Shown here: positions 36,900 to 50,484 of the stretch, piece after piece
Layout of the letters: each line of letters starts with the position of its first letter
Numbering within the stretch: the stretch's first letter is position 1
NCBI GenBank assembly: GCA_964234715.1
Contig: OZ174275.1
Reading direction: 5' to 3' (one strand)
DNA length: 64,000 nucleotides
Source of the DNA: Podarcis melisellensis
Taxonomy: Eukaryota
The notes under the pieces: model-generated
What the model was told of the DNA's origin: nothing
Seen by the model: the letters and a program-made list of their open reading frames with translations, nothing else
The model's database searches: none
Translations under genes and position numbers: made by a program

Positions 36900-38780
36900 G
36901 AGAAGAGTCAGTAGTTGTGCTTGCACTAATAGGTGAGGAAATGTATTTAGGAAGCCCTGGAAGTGAAATTTAGGTTGTGAGGTAGGATGATGAGAACCAA
37001 GACTTTCAAGATAGCTTTCTCTGAAATCCTACCAGTTTCACACACAGAGCCAGCTAGACAGGCACAGCTTTGCAGTATCAATGAGTGGATGAGATGGTGG
37101 TGTCAGGAGGAAGGATTTGGATTTTTCAGGTACTAGGGAATGTTTTAGGACAAGCTGAACCTGTACAAAAGGGTCAAGCTCCACTTGAAAAAGGATGGAA
37201 CCTGACTGCTGATGCTTAATATAAAAAATGTGTCACAGCAGTTTTTAAACTGATTGCAGGGGGTGAAGCCAACGGAAGCAAATCTTCCCACTAAGGCGTA
37301 AGGGGTATGATTGTTTAAAGGGGTACTGGCAGTGCAGAGGCACATGACAGAAGTTCAGAAGGACGAAAGCACCATAGACTAAAATGAAAAATGACAAAGA
37401 CAGTCACTTAATGCTATGTTGCATACAACTGAGTAAGTGTCCCATTAGTGCAAGGATTTCTGCTTGTGCGTTGGGACTTTCTTCCCCTTCCTCTCATCTG
37501 GTGCCCTCTTAATCTGTTCTAGGGATTCCCCCACCACTCTGAATAATATCTGAGGACAGCAAAGAGAGCCATTTACTTAAAAGTAGGTTGGATACAACCA
37601 ACAAAATTCAAGTGTTTATATGCTAGAAGACTCGAGTCAAGATGGATGAGCTGGACTACTTGGACTTTGAGGAAAATACAGTAATAGTAGGTGGTGTGTC
37701 TGGAGTTTTAATCCTAGAATAACAGGCGGGTATGATTTTAGAATGTAGTAATCTGATTGGCTGTTAGAGCCGTCCAATCTGGCTTCAGAAGGGAAGTTTA
37801 AATCAGCCTATCAGGTGTGACCTAGGGTGTGAATAAAGGATACATAGCCTGGGGTCTGGGAGGGTCAAGCAGGCAAGCACAGACAGAGCCACACCCGATA
37901 GGCTGGTTCAAACTTCCCTTCTAAAATTTTACATTCTAAAATCCTACCTGCCTATTATTCTAGGATTAAAGCTTAAGACATAACAGTAGGCATAACAGAA
38001 ACCTGGTAGAATGGACAGAACCAATGCACACAGTTATCTCTAGATACAAACCCTATAGGAAGGACAGGATGGGGCATACTGAGGTGGTGTTACTCTATGT
38101 ATGCCAAAGAGGACATGGAGTCCAATAAGCTGGAAATTCCCAAAGGCACAGATTCTTCCTTAGAGTTGTTGTGGGTAGTGATATCGAGCCTCAAAAGGTA
38201 ATTTAGCACTAGAGAAATGCTGTTGCTCCCCCTGACCAAAATGCTCAATGATCTTGAAAAGGAGAATGAGAAATCAATGGAGAATTAAATCAAGGAGGCA
38301 TCTAATAGAGGAAATGCTGCAGTAATAGGTGACTACCATTATCCTCACATGGACTAAGTGCATATTTGATTCTAGATACTCAAAATGACCCTGCCTTAGA
38401 ACAACAGGTAATGGAACTGAACAGAGGAGTGATGACCCTGGGGACTTAATCTTGAGTGGCCCCCAGGACCTGGTGCAAGTGTAGTTGAATCAGTTGAGAA
38501 CTGTGGTCATAATACTATCAAATTCAGTGTATGTGAACAGACAATTGCAAAAACAAACAAACAAACGAAACAACAACCCCTGAACCCAGTCACATGTGAC
38601 TTCAAAAAGAGGAAACTTCCCAGAAAAAGGAAGTTGAAAGGCAAAGTCAAGGAGGTCATATCTACCCAAAATGTTTAAATGTTGTTTTAAATTATAAATT
38701 CGAAGTTCAGCTAGAATGTATTCTAGAGATCAAGAAAAGTACACCAGGGCCAAGAGAATGCCTGCATGGTTAACAAGCTT
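36900..38780 (+). mobile_element. Degraded CR1 LINE (ORF1 esterase end and endonuclease region)
   Basis: NEWMRWWCQEEGFGF (CR1 ORF1), KCLYA..KMDEL, GITETW and GD.HYPH remnants. Confidence 0.75.
37697..37980. mobile_element. Non-autonomous TIR element nested in CR1
   Basis: ~50-bp imperfect inverted termini tgtct..tttaatcctagaataa / ttattctaggattaaa..agaca. Confidence 0.7.
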
Positions 38781-39679
38781 GAATGTGACAATCAATCTCT
38801 GTATATTTTGCTAATGAATAATGTTACAAGGTAAGATATTCTGAAGACAGCAAAATAAGCCTACTAGAAAAACAAGATTTTTTTCCTGCTGTCACTCTGC
38901 AAAAAGAGTAATCAGCATTTACAATACTATAAATTTACTGCTCAGATTCTCAGGACCATATCCCAAACTAAATGAAAGGCGAGGCGATTGAGAAATTCAT
39001 AGCATACAACACAGAATGAAAAACAACTTCAAGTACTCTTGAATGTAGACACCCCCAAGATCTGTTGAATCATGTTTTTCACTGTAGATAACAGGCTTCT
39101 TGGAAGCTCAGCTATTACTGCCTGCCAAATATACTGAGTCACATCTTCAGACCTAGAAGGCTCTCTTTTAATCAACAACTGGACTGAGATATTTGCTCCA
39201 ATTTTATTAGGCAAAAAGACGCTTTAAAGCACACATTCAAGAATCTTGCATCTTGTAACCTGCAAGGTTAAGCATGTCTGCTACAAGCAGCAAATAAATT
39301 AGTGAAAGAAAGCTAAATTATATGTGTGTACTGCTGAGGAGCTCAGCTAAATGAACACTACAGGAGCCAAACAATAGTTCTGCCCTCATCACAGCATAGC
39401 AGAATTGCATCATATTGTGAATGGGAAACTGTGTAGCACAGTCCAATGACCACTGCTGACATGCCGGCTCATACTAATCATCATCAATGTATTATTAATT
39501 ACTATTTATTTATTTATTAATTACAGTGTTCAAAACCCCACAGGTGCCAGGCGCGTTTTGCGACTGGCGCAGGTTGAATTATTACCATGTGGAGATCTCT
39601 GGATGCCAGGTTGGCGACTAATATCTCCATCTGTCTGGGCCCTCCAGCTTTCTTAAGCAGGTAAGCAGAAGAACTTATT

Positions 39680-39886
39680 TATTGCATTTACATCCTATCC
39701 TTTTCTCCAAGGAGTACATGGTTCACCTTCCTCCTCAGTTAATCCCTACAACAACTCTGTAAGGTAGGTTAAACAAAGAGGCTGTGACTGGTCCAAGGTC
39801 ATCCAGTGAGCTCCATGACTGAGTGGGAATTTGAACCCTGATCTCCCAGGTCCTAGTCTGACACTCTAACCACTACACCACACTGA
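39680..39886 (-). mobile_element. Squamate tRNA-derived SINE (MIR/Squam3-like)
   Basis: Minus strand gtgtggtgtagtggttagagtgtcagac...gggttcaaattccc head; degraded relatives near 5430-5605 and 9510-9640. Confidence 0.7.
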
Positions 39887-41128
39887 CTTCCAAGAGCACT
39901 TCTGCTATGGGGCAGCTATAAAAATTAAGTGGATATATAAATATGGGGAAAGCAAAATGTCACTTACAGAAGGATCTGAAATATTTTCCATGAGGCTTGA
40001 ATTTGTTTTATTCAGAATAATGTTTTAATGTGTTGTAAACCACTTTGAGCTTTTTTCTTTAAAATATAAAGCAGTATAGAAATAATAGCTATTATTTTTA
40101 TTATTATTTCTTCAAACACACACCCATGGCATCTTGGTTTAAGATATATAAGGTTAGCTTATACATCTAAGTTCCTAACACTGGTGATGAAGTTGACAGT
40201 AGACAACAAAAGCTTATGTCATAATTAATTTGAACTTTTGTATCCTCTCAGACACAAGGCTTCAATGGAATAAGTACAGAATCAGCTTAAGTCAGTCAAA
40301 TAAGAAAATAAGTGATGCAGATGCGGGAGTTAAAGTTATCTTTATACTTCAGTAACACCCTGCATCACTTTTGAAAGAAATTATTAAACTCGAACCCCTA
40401 TTCCTACAATAATGTGAAAATGCTACATGCCCATCTCAGGTACATGTTGGGAAGTATTTTTTAAAGTATGCTTCAGACACTACATGTTAACAGGTCTTCA
40501 AACATCAGGAGTACAACTATGTTGCTTGTGAAACTTTCAATTATGAGACAGAAGCAGCCCTCAGAAATAGAGGTGATGTTCAGAAATGCCATGGAGCATG
40601 GAGAGAATTACATTAAATCCATGGCTCCCACCCCAAATGACTCTGAATAAAACTTAAATGTCAGGAGGGCTTCAATCCTTCTTGAAGAGAAGGATAGTTA
40701 TGATTCAATTTTAAAATGTTATAAAGTAGGCTAGCCAACTGCAACTAATCTAGAATTAACTGACTGAATTTTCATTCTGAACAAGCCATATATATGTATA
40801 CATATTTCTAGCTTATAAAGCATAGGAACATCCAGTAAATACAATTGTAGCTCTCTGCAGAATGCTTCTATAGTATACTTATGGTGGGGAAAAAGTTTAA
40901 ATGCTGTACTACTTTTTATGAGTACCTTCTGTGGATACATACCTGTTACAACAACTAGCCCCATAAATGCCATCAAAAATTGCTTTCCTGTTACTAAGTT
41001 CACTGATTATGTATTAAATAAAAGGAGTAACTTAAAGGATTCCACTAATAGAATTCAAGCACATCACATGGAAGTGATATATACATTTCAGACAAGGTCT
41101 GCTAACAGTTGTGGTATAGTTATGAGCT

Positions 41129-41272
41129 GCTGAGATAGCTCTGTTGGTAGAACATGAAACTCTTCATCTCAGAGTTGTGGGTTTGAACCCCATGTTGGGC
41201 AAAAGATTTCTGCATTGCAGGGAGTTGGACGAGATAACTCATGTGGTCCCAACTTTACAGTTCTATGATTCT
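41129..41272 (+). mobile_element. tRNA-Lys-derived SINE with CR1-like tail
   Basis: 41129-41201 aligns by eye to tRNA-Lys(CTT) with many substitutions, then ends in TTCTATGATTCT. Confidence 0.8.
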
Positions 41273-41543
41273 AAGATAGCCTCTTCCTTAAGCATTACTT
41301 GTTATACTACCTGGTGAAGAATTGGTATATTTATTTATCCAGAGGCTATGTGCTAGCAAACTTAAACTTTCTGCTATGCAGCATTTTAAACAATCATATT
41401 TTGTATGACCAAAAACTTCTGTGCACAAATCACTCTTCTCGCCCTGTACATTACTTAGTTCAACTTGACTTCACAAAAAACTATCATGGAAAACTATATC
41501 ACTGTGTGTGTGCAAATGTTTTAAAAAGTATTTGAATCATATA

Positions 41544-41761
41544 CAGTGGTACCTTCGGTTAAGTACTTAATTCGTTCCGGAGGTCTGTACTTAACCTGAA
41601 ACTGTTCTTAACCTGAAGCACCACTTTAGCTAATGAGGCCTCCTGCTGCCGCTGGAGCACTATTTCTGTTCTCATCCTGAAGCAAAGTTCTTAACCTGAA
41701 GCACTATTTCTGGGTTAGCGGAGTCTGTAACCTGAAGCGTATGTAACCCGAGGTACCACTG
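41544..41761. mobile_element. Tc1/mariner MITE
   Basis: TA-CAGTGGTACC...GGTACCACTG-TA. Confidence 0.88.
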
Positions 41762-43137
41762 TATTGTATAAAATTATCCCTTCAAGTGTGCACAATTTAG
41801 CCATTTTTTCATACACATCACTGCAATTATTTAACATGAAGACCAATAACAACCTCAATGGTAAACCAGGATAACAGCTCATGAGACAATCCCACCTGTG
41901 GCTTATTTTCCTGCCCAAGTATCCAAACTCCTTGTATGACAAGCACTCTGTTCAACAGAAACTGTTTTTGTAGTATGCCATTCACAATCTCAGATTGCCT
42001 ATTGCAATTCTCTTTAATAAATGTCAGTGGACATTTTTCACAGCAACAGATTCTGAAACACAACTGGCAACTTCGAAGGTAAGGAGGCTTTCAGTTTTTA
42101 TAATTAATTGTAATTGATTTTACTCACTGTATGATTTTTAAATATACCATTTAGACTCTGGTAATTAAGCAGCATATAAATATGTTAAATAAAACAAATA
42201 ACAACCAGACAAGTTATTTAGGCTATTTTAATGGTCTCACAGCCTTCAATTAAGTTATGCTTAACAGATATTACTCTATACAGTCAACATATCTGATTAT
42301 TTTGACTACAAATAAGCCTCCCAATGCTGAGCAAGCTTTCCCTTTTTATCTGGCAGATAAATCTTCCCCTATTCACCATGGCAAAAAACATCACTCCTCT
42401 GCATTACAGGTAGAATTGTGAACCCCAATATCTACAGTAACCTCAGTGCTTGTGCCCAAACTAAGCTCTCACACTTCCCAGCAGAGTGAAACATTATTTT
42501 ATCTACTGGATGTGCATTTTAATCTAGGTTCCACTTACATTTCATTCCAAGAGGTCCCTATAATAAAAGCTGTAGGAATGGCTCTCTTCCACCAGAGAAA
42601 AACTGAAGTGTAACCTTGGCCATTGCAAGTGAGCAAGATGTGGTGGCCTGGTTTGCACACACAAATCCTGCCTTAGTAAGACAGGATATGCCCGAGTATT
42701 ATACACTCACATGGTGGTTCTTTGCTAACTGAAAACTATGGCTTCTCTGGCAGTCCACTTCACACATAATGGGAAACTATGCTTAACTTTGGCTTCCGGG
42801 TTTGTTTCCACATACCTATACAGTATTGTAGGAGCAAAAGCAAGTGCATATACAACCAATACCTTTCCCCTTAAACTTATATTTAATATGCCCATAAACA
42901 TGACTGCAAAGTTCAACAAAACTAAACAAAATTAGTCATCAAATCAGTGGGTTCTGAGTGCCCTGATTCAGATTACCATTTCTGTAAAGTCAGCATAACA
43001 AAAATGAGTACACGGCTGGTTTTTTTCTATCCAGGAGTACTGGATTTCCTTAACAGCCTCTAGACTTACATGCAAAACTGCCAACCCAGTCTATTTATGC
43101 CCCCCTTCCCCAAATATTATATATTTTCTTGACTCAC

Positions 43138-43241
43138 GTAAAAGCAAAGAAGAGTGTGGTGGATCCTACTAGGAAGATTGCAGCCGCTGATACAGGGACA
43201 TACTTGCTGGGTTTGAATCTCTTTCCAGATGCTGCTGGCAT
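43138..43241 (-). CDS. ZDHHC5: ZDHHC5 first coding exon (coding part of exon 2), palmitoyltransferase ZDHHC5
   Basis: ATG at 43241: [35 protein letters not shown], donor GTGAGT; spliced CDS 2178 nt = 725 aa. Confidence 0.97.
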
Positions 43242-44360
43242 GTTGGAGCTCTGATCGATGATCTGCCCTGCAGCATAGCCTAGGCCCAACTGGAGTCAGA
43301 AAGGACAAGAAAATGCAGGAGGGACCTTCAAAAAGAAAAGCAACCGAGCAAAGGAGAGACTTTTAAATCTGTATTCAAGTTCTTGTAGTTAGCTGTTACG
43401 AGTCAGATCAGATTTATGAGTCAGTATGATCCAGATGAAAATGAATAGTAGTATGCACAACCAAAGTAAGTGTCACAGAAGACAACAATGGGAATTCTAT
43501 ATGTAGTCCCAAGATTCTTGTGGGGCAAGGAAAATAGAAAATATAAAATGAGAGCTTGTACTCCAATTGAAAATTCTAGTGGTTCAAGAAATTGTGCAGG
43601 TTCCTGTACCAGGAAAGCCCTGTAAAAATGTGCGCTTCCTAGAGTAGAGTAGAGATGATCCTCTTCTGAGGTGACACAGAGTTGAAAAATGCAGCAAATG
43701 AAGTATCAGAATTGGGCTAGACGTTTTAGTGCAAGAGTGCAGGATGAGCCAAATAAGCACCCCAAGGAAGGTGATCAATGAAAGACACAAAGTATATACT
43801 AGGTTTTGATGGTTTGCTTTGTTATTATTTTTGTTTCAGAAAACACATGGTAATTTTGCAATGTAGACTCTGGAACAAGTTTCTCCTTTTTAATCTGTTT
43901 GTTGTTGCTCAGCGGAAGGTTATTGTGTTAGCAAATCTGCCATGCTTGTGCACATCATTCTCTGCCCCCCACCTCGTGCCGCAAATGTTCTCTTCTTTTA
44001 AAGTAGGAGCACTCTCCCCTGATTTCACCAGGAACTAGGGTTGTCTGGCATTCGTTGTTTAATTTTGTTTATTTCTCTCTTGACTACTAAATCCGGGTAA
44101 CAGCTGGTGCAAGGTTGAGCTGAAAATCCTTTTCTTTCAAGGGGGAGTAGGGGGCACACTGCAAGGCTGGTCTTGCGTTTTAGTCTCCTTATTTGTTCCC
44201 TTGTGTACAACACCAAAAATCCTTCAACAAGTCCAGTTTTACTGGTAAAAATTGAAAATTAAGTTTGAGATTGCTTCATTAATTATGGATCAGTTGTGTC
44301 TGGAGTAGACCCAGTTAGAGACTGAGTTTTCAAATGTTTTCTTAAAAATCCAAAATGTAA
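43242..44360 (-). other. ZDHHC5: ZDHHC5 exon 2 long 5'UTR
   Basis: Strong acceptor tcttttctttttactgtcag at 44361; no recognisable repeats up to the ATG; a long exon 2 UTR is also recalled for mammals. Confidence 0.65.
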
Positions 44361-45945
44361 CTGACAGTAAAAAGAAAAGATGCCTGGGACCTTCACACCC
44401 ATGTCCTAGAGCACTTTGTCTGCTCCAAACTGTTGCAGTCTCATGCCCCCTTCACACAAATAAAATTAATCCTTATTCATTCATATTAGCTTTAAAAGTC
44501 TTTAAATCATTTTGCCAACTTGTCATCTTGAGCTTCTTGTACCTAGAAGAGATAAAAATAAGGTTAAGCATTCAAGAGAAAGTGCAATGCAGTACTGATC
44601 CTTAGTACAGATCTGAGAGTTAAGAGCCAAAGTACTTTTCCCATATGAGAACCTATAATTATGGGTAACAGTCTTATGTGACTCAGTTTCCACATCTGTC
44701 AAACTTGTGAGACATGTTATATTTAGGACACACATCAGGACATATTTTGCACTCAGGGAGCTTCAAACATCCACTAACTCATTCCGGATTTTGGGATTAT
44801 CTAAAATTATCTATTAATGTTAATAAAACTGAAACCCAAAACCCGGTGGCTTACCTTTATTTTCAGCATATTCAGAGCCAGGACTCCACTCTTTTAAAAA
44901 GGCAGATTTACAAAATTACTACACTTCAAAAGAAAGTGTACATTAAGGCAGCTAACTCTTTGTTCTACTAGAATTAGGTGATTGTTTCTCAAAATGTCAG
45001 GGTCAAATATTGCATGGCTCGTATCTTAAAAGGCAGACTCTTTACTATTATACAGTTTTTATCCTTAAAATAGATTTGCAGAACCTAACTTTCAGATCTG
45101 TTACTTTGCCCATCAATCCTTTAAGCCTCTCCCCAGCTATGCACATGCCCTTTGACTGTATTTCCCATTGGTCAGATTCTCTCTCTTTCCTTCTGAACTG
45201 CCTTCTGGATGTTGCTTGCAAGATGATTAATAGCCCTCTCTTTCCCTTGTAGGTTTAACAAATAGATTCCTACAAGCAGGAACCTTGTAGTGTTTTCCAG
45301 CTCATAAGCTGTTGCGCATCCCCAACTAATAAAAGAACTCCTGTTCAGCAGCCAGCCTGGATCAGGAGCTTTGGAATGCTGGTCAGTGTTGCCACCCTCC
45401 CCCCCGCCATGGGGTGGGGTTTCAGGGAGGTTATTGCTGAGTCCCCCAAGCCTTTCCTTACCCCACTATATAATACCAAAGGGTTCTGTACTGGTTGCAA
45501 GCCCAGTTGATAACTAAGCAGTTTATAACAATATGCCGGGGGGGGGCCTTCTAAGAAGTGTGGTAAAGGGGAAATCTGTGCTTTTTTCTTTTTATCTTCA
45601 TGCTATTTTTCTGCAGGCACATCTGGAAAAACACCTTGCCCTGAAGGAAGGGGGGAAGAAAGAAGCTTGGGGATTCCACCCATCCTGCTCCCATTGTGGC
45701 CCCTCCATCATCCAAATGTCATCACATGGATTCCTGTAGAACCAACTTGCCCTGAGGAGACTGGAAAAGAGAAACAGCCTGGTGAACAGCCAACACCCAG
45801 CTGCCATAGCAACCCTTCCCCCAAACTGCAGTCACAGTTTAGCTTCTTTGCTACCTATCAACAAGAACATCCCACAAAGAAGGGAGGTGTGATCAGTAGT
45901 AATGAAAAACTCATATGAGAAATGAGACATCTGAAGAGTGAACTA

Positions 45946-46999
45946 CCGTATTTTTCGCACGATTGGACGCACCGGACCATTGGACGCAGCTAGTTTTTTT
46001 TGGGGGGGGGAATAAAGGAAAAAAAATTTCCCTTTGGTTTTCCCCACCCGCCAGGCAGCAGGCTGCTATCCGCAGCGTGGGGATCCCTGCAGGGAACTCT
46101 GCTTTCAGGGCGCCCGATGCTCCGGGAAGCAGGCTGCTATCTGCAGCGTGGGGAGTCCTGTGGGGAACTCCTGCAGGGCTCCCCACTCTCCGGATGTCTG
46201 CCTGGCGTGAGGGGCGCTCTGCTTCAGGGCGCCCCACCCGCCGGGCGGCAGGCGGCTATCCGCAGCGTGGGGAGCCCTGCGGGGAACTCCTGCAGGGCTC
46301 CGCACGCTGCGCGCTGCGGATGTGTGCTGGGCGCGAGAGGCGCTCTGCTTTAGGGCGCCCCACCCGCCGGGCGGCAGGCTGCTATCCGCAGCGTGGGGAG
46401 CCCTGCAGGGAACTCCTGCAAGGCTCCCCACACTGCGGATGTGTTCCCGAAGCGCCGGGCGCTCTGCTTTCAGGGCGCCTGACGCTCCGGGAAGCAGGCT
46501 GCTATCCGCAGCGTGGGGAACCCTGCGGGGAACTCCTGCAAGGCTCCCCACGCTGCGGATGTGTTCCCGAAGCACCAGGCGCTCTGCTTTCAGGGCGCCC
46601 GACGCTCCGGGAAGCAGGCTGATATCCTCAGCCTAGACACGGCTAGCGGAGCGCTAATCCCGAAGCTTGGGGCGTGCGGAGCTCAGCGCGCCCCAAGCTT
46701 CTGGGTGCCGGCAAGGTCTAGACGGCTAGCGGAGACCTTGCCGGCACCCAGAGGTTTGGGGTGCGCTGAGCTCCGCGCGCCCCAAGCTTCGGGATTAATG
46801 CAGCGCTCCGCTAGCCATGGGAGAGCTGGGTCTCCGGATAGCTTCCTATCCGGATAGCGCACCGATATCCGGATAGCGCACCGACCCCTTTCACTCTCCA
46901 GGCTTCAGTGAAAGCCTGCATTCGCTCCATAGGACGCACACACATTTTCCCTTGCTTTTTAGGAGGGGAAAAGTGCGTCCTATGGTGCGAAAAATACGG
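45946..46999. mobile_element. pogo/Tigger-like non-autonomous DNA transposon with GC-rich internal array
   Basis: TA-CCGTATTTTTCGCAC...GTGCGAAAAATACGG-TA; related shorter copy at 51127. Confidence 0.88.
46050..46622. repeat. ~120-bp GC-rich tandem repeat (~4.7 units)
   Basis: Anchor gcaggctgctatccgcagcgtgggga recurs at ~46058, 46129, 46248, 46374, 46494 and partly at 46614. Confidence 0.88.
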
Positions 47000-47947
47000 T
47001 AATTGACATGATACAGGGAACTGTGGGATTAAATCATTTAACAAAGACGTTTCAGGACTTTAAAACCCACTTTTCCAATTATTTACTAAGTAAGATAGTA
47101 CTGTCTCTCAGAACAACTTTTGAAAAAGAAACATCAACAATCAGAGTAGAATAAGACTATTGTTTGAGATTACAGGATGAGTCTGGCCCCTAGAAATACA
47201 GTAGGAGGTCTGTATACTTTGACTACCCAAATCCAAATAAAATTTCACGAAAGAGCTATTCCCTAGGGCCTAGAGCCAACTATAGGCTGAGTTATTTTAA
47301 CTGGACCAGACAACAAATTCCAAGGCCAATAGAAACATAGCAAGAAGGTGTGGTACTCAATGTCTAGGAGTAACTATATTAAATGTGATGATCCCACTAG
47401 AATATCACAGAACCCTGCATGACGGTACAATAAATGAATATGTACAGAATTTTTTTACAATACCTCTAGTTCAAAGTTACCCATCTCCAATAAAAAAGGG
47501 AGTCGAAATACAGAGGACAAAGGAACTAGAGAAAGGAAGAACATAAGGGGGGAAAGGCAATAAATCTGTATATAATTTAACTGTACATCCAGAATGTAGC
47601 CATTTGGGCTCTCTGGAGCAAAGGGGTAAGAAATGGTGCTAATGGAAATTCCAGGGCAGGCAGTGAGAGACGACAGACAAGACCTTGCAGACAGTAACTA
47701 TACTAAGACTATTTACTTATGGAAACCATCCTCCACTGCTGTTTAACCATGCTGATCCCCCTTTGTCTTATATGCATATTTTTTGAGCAGTGACATGAAT
47801 TTTATTTGACCTTCTACATAGCTTTAAATAACTTCCAGGCTTCCTGGTGGGATCTGATACTTCTGTGTCTTACCATCTTCCTTTTAACAGATTCAAAGGT
47901 GGGATTAAACTAATGGGTCCCCTCAGCGGAAGTCCTGTGCAAAGACT

Positions 47948-47952
47948 AATAA

Positions 47953-48009
<57 letters not shown>
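47948..48009. repeat. (AAT)n microsatellite
   Basis: ~20 AAT units forming the tail of the adjacent minus-strand L2. Confidence 0.95.
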
Positions 48010-48010
<1 letters not shown>

Positions 48011-48210
48011 TATTTATACCCCGCCCATCTGGCTGGGTTTCCCCAGCCACTCTGGGCGGTTTCCAACAAAAGAAATAAAATACAGTAAGACATCAATCAT
48101 TAAAAACTTCTCTAAACAGGGCTGCCTTCAGATGTCTTCTAAACGTGAGATAGTTGTTTATTTCTTTGACATCTGATGGGAGGGCGTTCCACAGAGTGGG
48201 CATCACTACC
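48010..48210 (-). mobile_element. L2 LINE 3' end
   Basis: Reverse complement of the 35420-35579 L2 3' sequence. Confidence 0.85.
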
Positions 48211-50248
48211 TGTTTCTCTGTGCAATGGGGCTTCCCCCACCCCATACACATGCTAAAAGTAATTGACTCTGGGAGGATCAGGGAAAACCCTGGAGGAGAG
48301 GGCGATTGCTATGCATGGCAAGGAAGAACATGACACTGAATTTCTAATTTGGTAGAACTGCACTCTACACACACACAAAGAAATATAGTGAAATGTTGGC
48401 CTTTCTGGGAAATTTCCCACACTCACATGCTAAATTAAATTAAAAATAAATCTGATAGCATTTGTTCAATTATTTCCAAGCAGACTGACAGCATTTCTAG
48501 AAGTGATTAGAGGAGGAATGACTACTGCAGAGAGTGCAGAGAGAAGAAACACCAAGATGCATCTGCAGCAGCAGAACAATCTGCCCCAGCTGCAACAACC
48601 ATGCCTGTCCCATATCAGTCTCTACAATCACAACAAGCGCTGTAACCTTCCAACAGTTTAACCCTCAAAGTGTCTCCTATTGTCTCCAAAGACAGACGCA
48701 TGCCAACCAACCGGACAGCACTTACATCTTCTATTAGATCCTGAGGACTGCTTTGGATAATTCAATAGTTGCCTCATTTTATTGGTTGTATGACTAAATG
48801 TTGCATGGCAAAATGTGTGGGGGGTTTTTAAACCAGAAATGTTATCTGACAGACCTATGGTCCCCCAAAAAGCTTTTGTTGCTTTGCCCACCAGCAACTG
48901 AGTGAAAACAACAAGCATTTATGTTCCTACATTTTCTACTTATATGCCACTTGAAAAGAAAGTGGTTAAGAATTCAGAAACTGATGCTAGTCAAGACACA
49001 TTGAAATTAATGGATCTAAGTTAATCACATCAATTAATTTCAACAGAACTTACTATGAACAGAACTAAGATTAGAAGCAATCCTGAAAACTAACCATGAT
49101 TTAACTCTTGCATGTAACAGCAGTAATTTAGCTGTTATTGTCAACCAGTGATGTGGGGTTTCTGGAAAACTTCTGGAGGGAATTTCGATACAAATTATAG
49201 AGTAAATTGCATGAGATAATTTGTGGTGCCTTAAGTGATTTAAATTAGAATATTTATTTTATTTGTATTTAGAGGAAAAAGCCAAAAACATTGCCAAGCT
49301 TTTAAAATATTTATTAGTAACTGGCATGCATTCAGTATTATGAACAAACTTATGAAAGTGAAAAGTTTCTATGGAGAAATAAAGCACTGGAAAATGTTAC
49401 ACCCACATCACTATCTCAGCTAGACAATCTACTTCCAGAATCCTTTTAAAAGCAGCAAATCTATTTGTTTGCTCCATTACCTTCAGTATAGGTCCATCTT
49501 TTCCCAGGCACAGGTCAAATAAATGCATTTCTCTCTAGAAAAATACCAGTCGCAATATTTTCCTTTCAAGATGCCCGTTCCCCCCCCAAATGCTCAAATT
49601 ACAACCGCTTATATGCAGATTTGCACCTCCATAAATTGTACAGTTTCAACTACATCCTGCTAGAGGGAAGGGCATATGCCTCCCTACAGCCCCCCAGGAT
49701 GACCTACCATACTGTTTTGAAAAGTACCCCAGTGCCCTATATCAGCTTTTTAGGGGGCACATAGGGAAGAGGGTATTGGCAAAAATCATCTCCCTGTACC
49801 CTTCTTCCAGCACACCACTACTCTTACCACAAGACTCAATCCAAATCAACACTTGCTATTTCAAACAATTGCCCCAAATTTCAACTGTATATAATAATGA
49901 AAACTCAATGAGTACTATGTTGTTTGCTGGCATACAGAATAAGAATTCTAATTCAGGTAAGAGCTTGTCAATGGAGTTTCATGCTGCAGCATTACCTGAA
50001 CCATCCTCAGCAAACTGCTTATTCTGTTATTTATGTTATATCAAATTAGAAAAAAATACTTGGTGTTCAGTTTTAATTTTCTGCAATATCTTCTTCCAAT
50101 GTGACTCAGACACCTCATTTCCAGCACATCTGATATTACCCTCTTTATTCACTCTTCCTTCTTAAAAAAAATATTTTCTGACTTGAATTATCAGCCCTCA
50201 CACTTTTCACACATTATCATCTTCCTATAGTTAAATAATGAACATGTA

Positions 50249-50484
50249 CAGTGGACGCTTGGGTTGTGAATGTGATCCGTGCGGGATGCACGTTCGCAAT
50301 CCGCGTATGCGCACGCGTGGATTGTGGTTCGATGTTTCTGCGCATGCGCAAAGCGCGATTTAGCACTTCTGTGCATGCGCAACTGCCGAAACCCAGAAGT
50401 AACCCGTTCCGGTACTTCCGGGTTTTGGCGGTCCGCAACCCAAAAAAACACAACCTGAAGTGGCTGTAACCCGAGGTATGACTG
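50249..50484. mobile_element. Tc1/mariner MITE
   Basis: TA-CAGTGGACGC...GGTATGACTG-TA, CpG-rich interior. Confidence 0.8.

Noticed and set aside
41129-41201. tRNA-Lys gene
   Set aside because: Many stem and box substitutions, and it continues into a CR1-like tail, so it is a SINE head.
46050-46622. CRISPR-like array
   Set aside because: Whole units repeat with no unique spacers; eukaryotic context.
45911-46857. Several long ORFs (up to 219 aa)
   Set aside because: Generated by the GC-rich tandem array inside a non-autonomous transposon.
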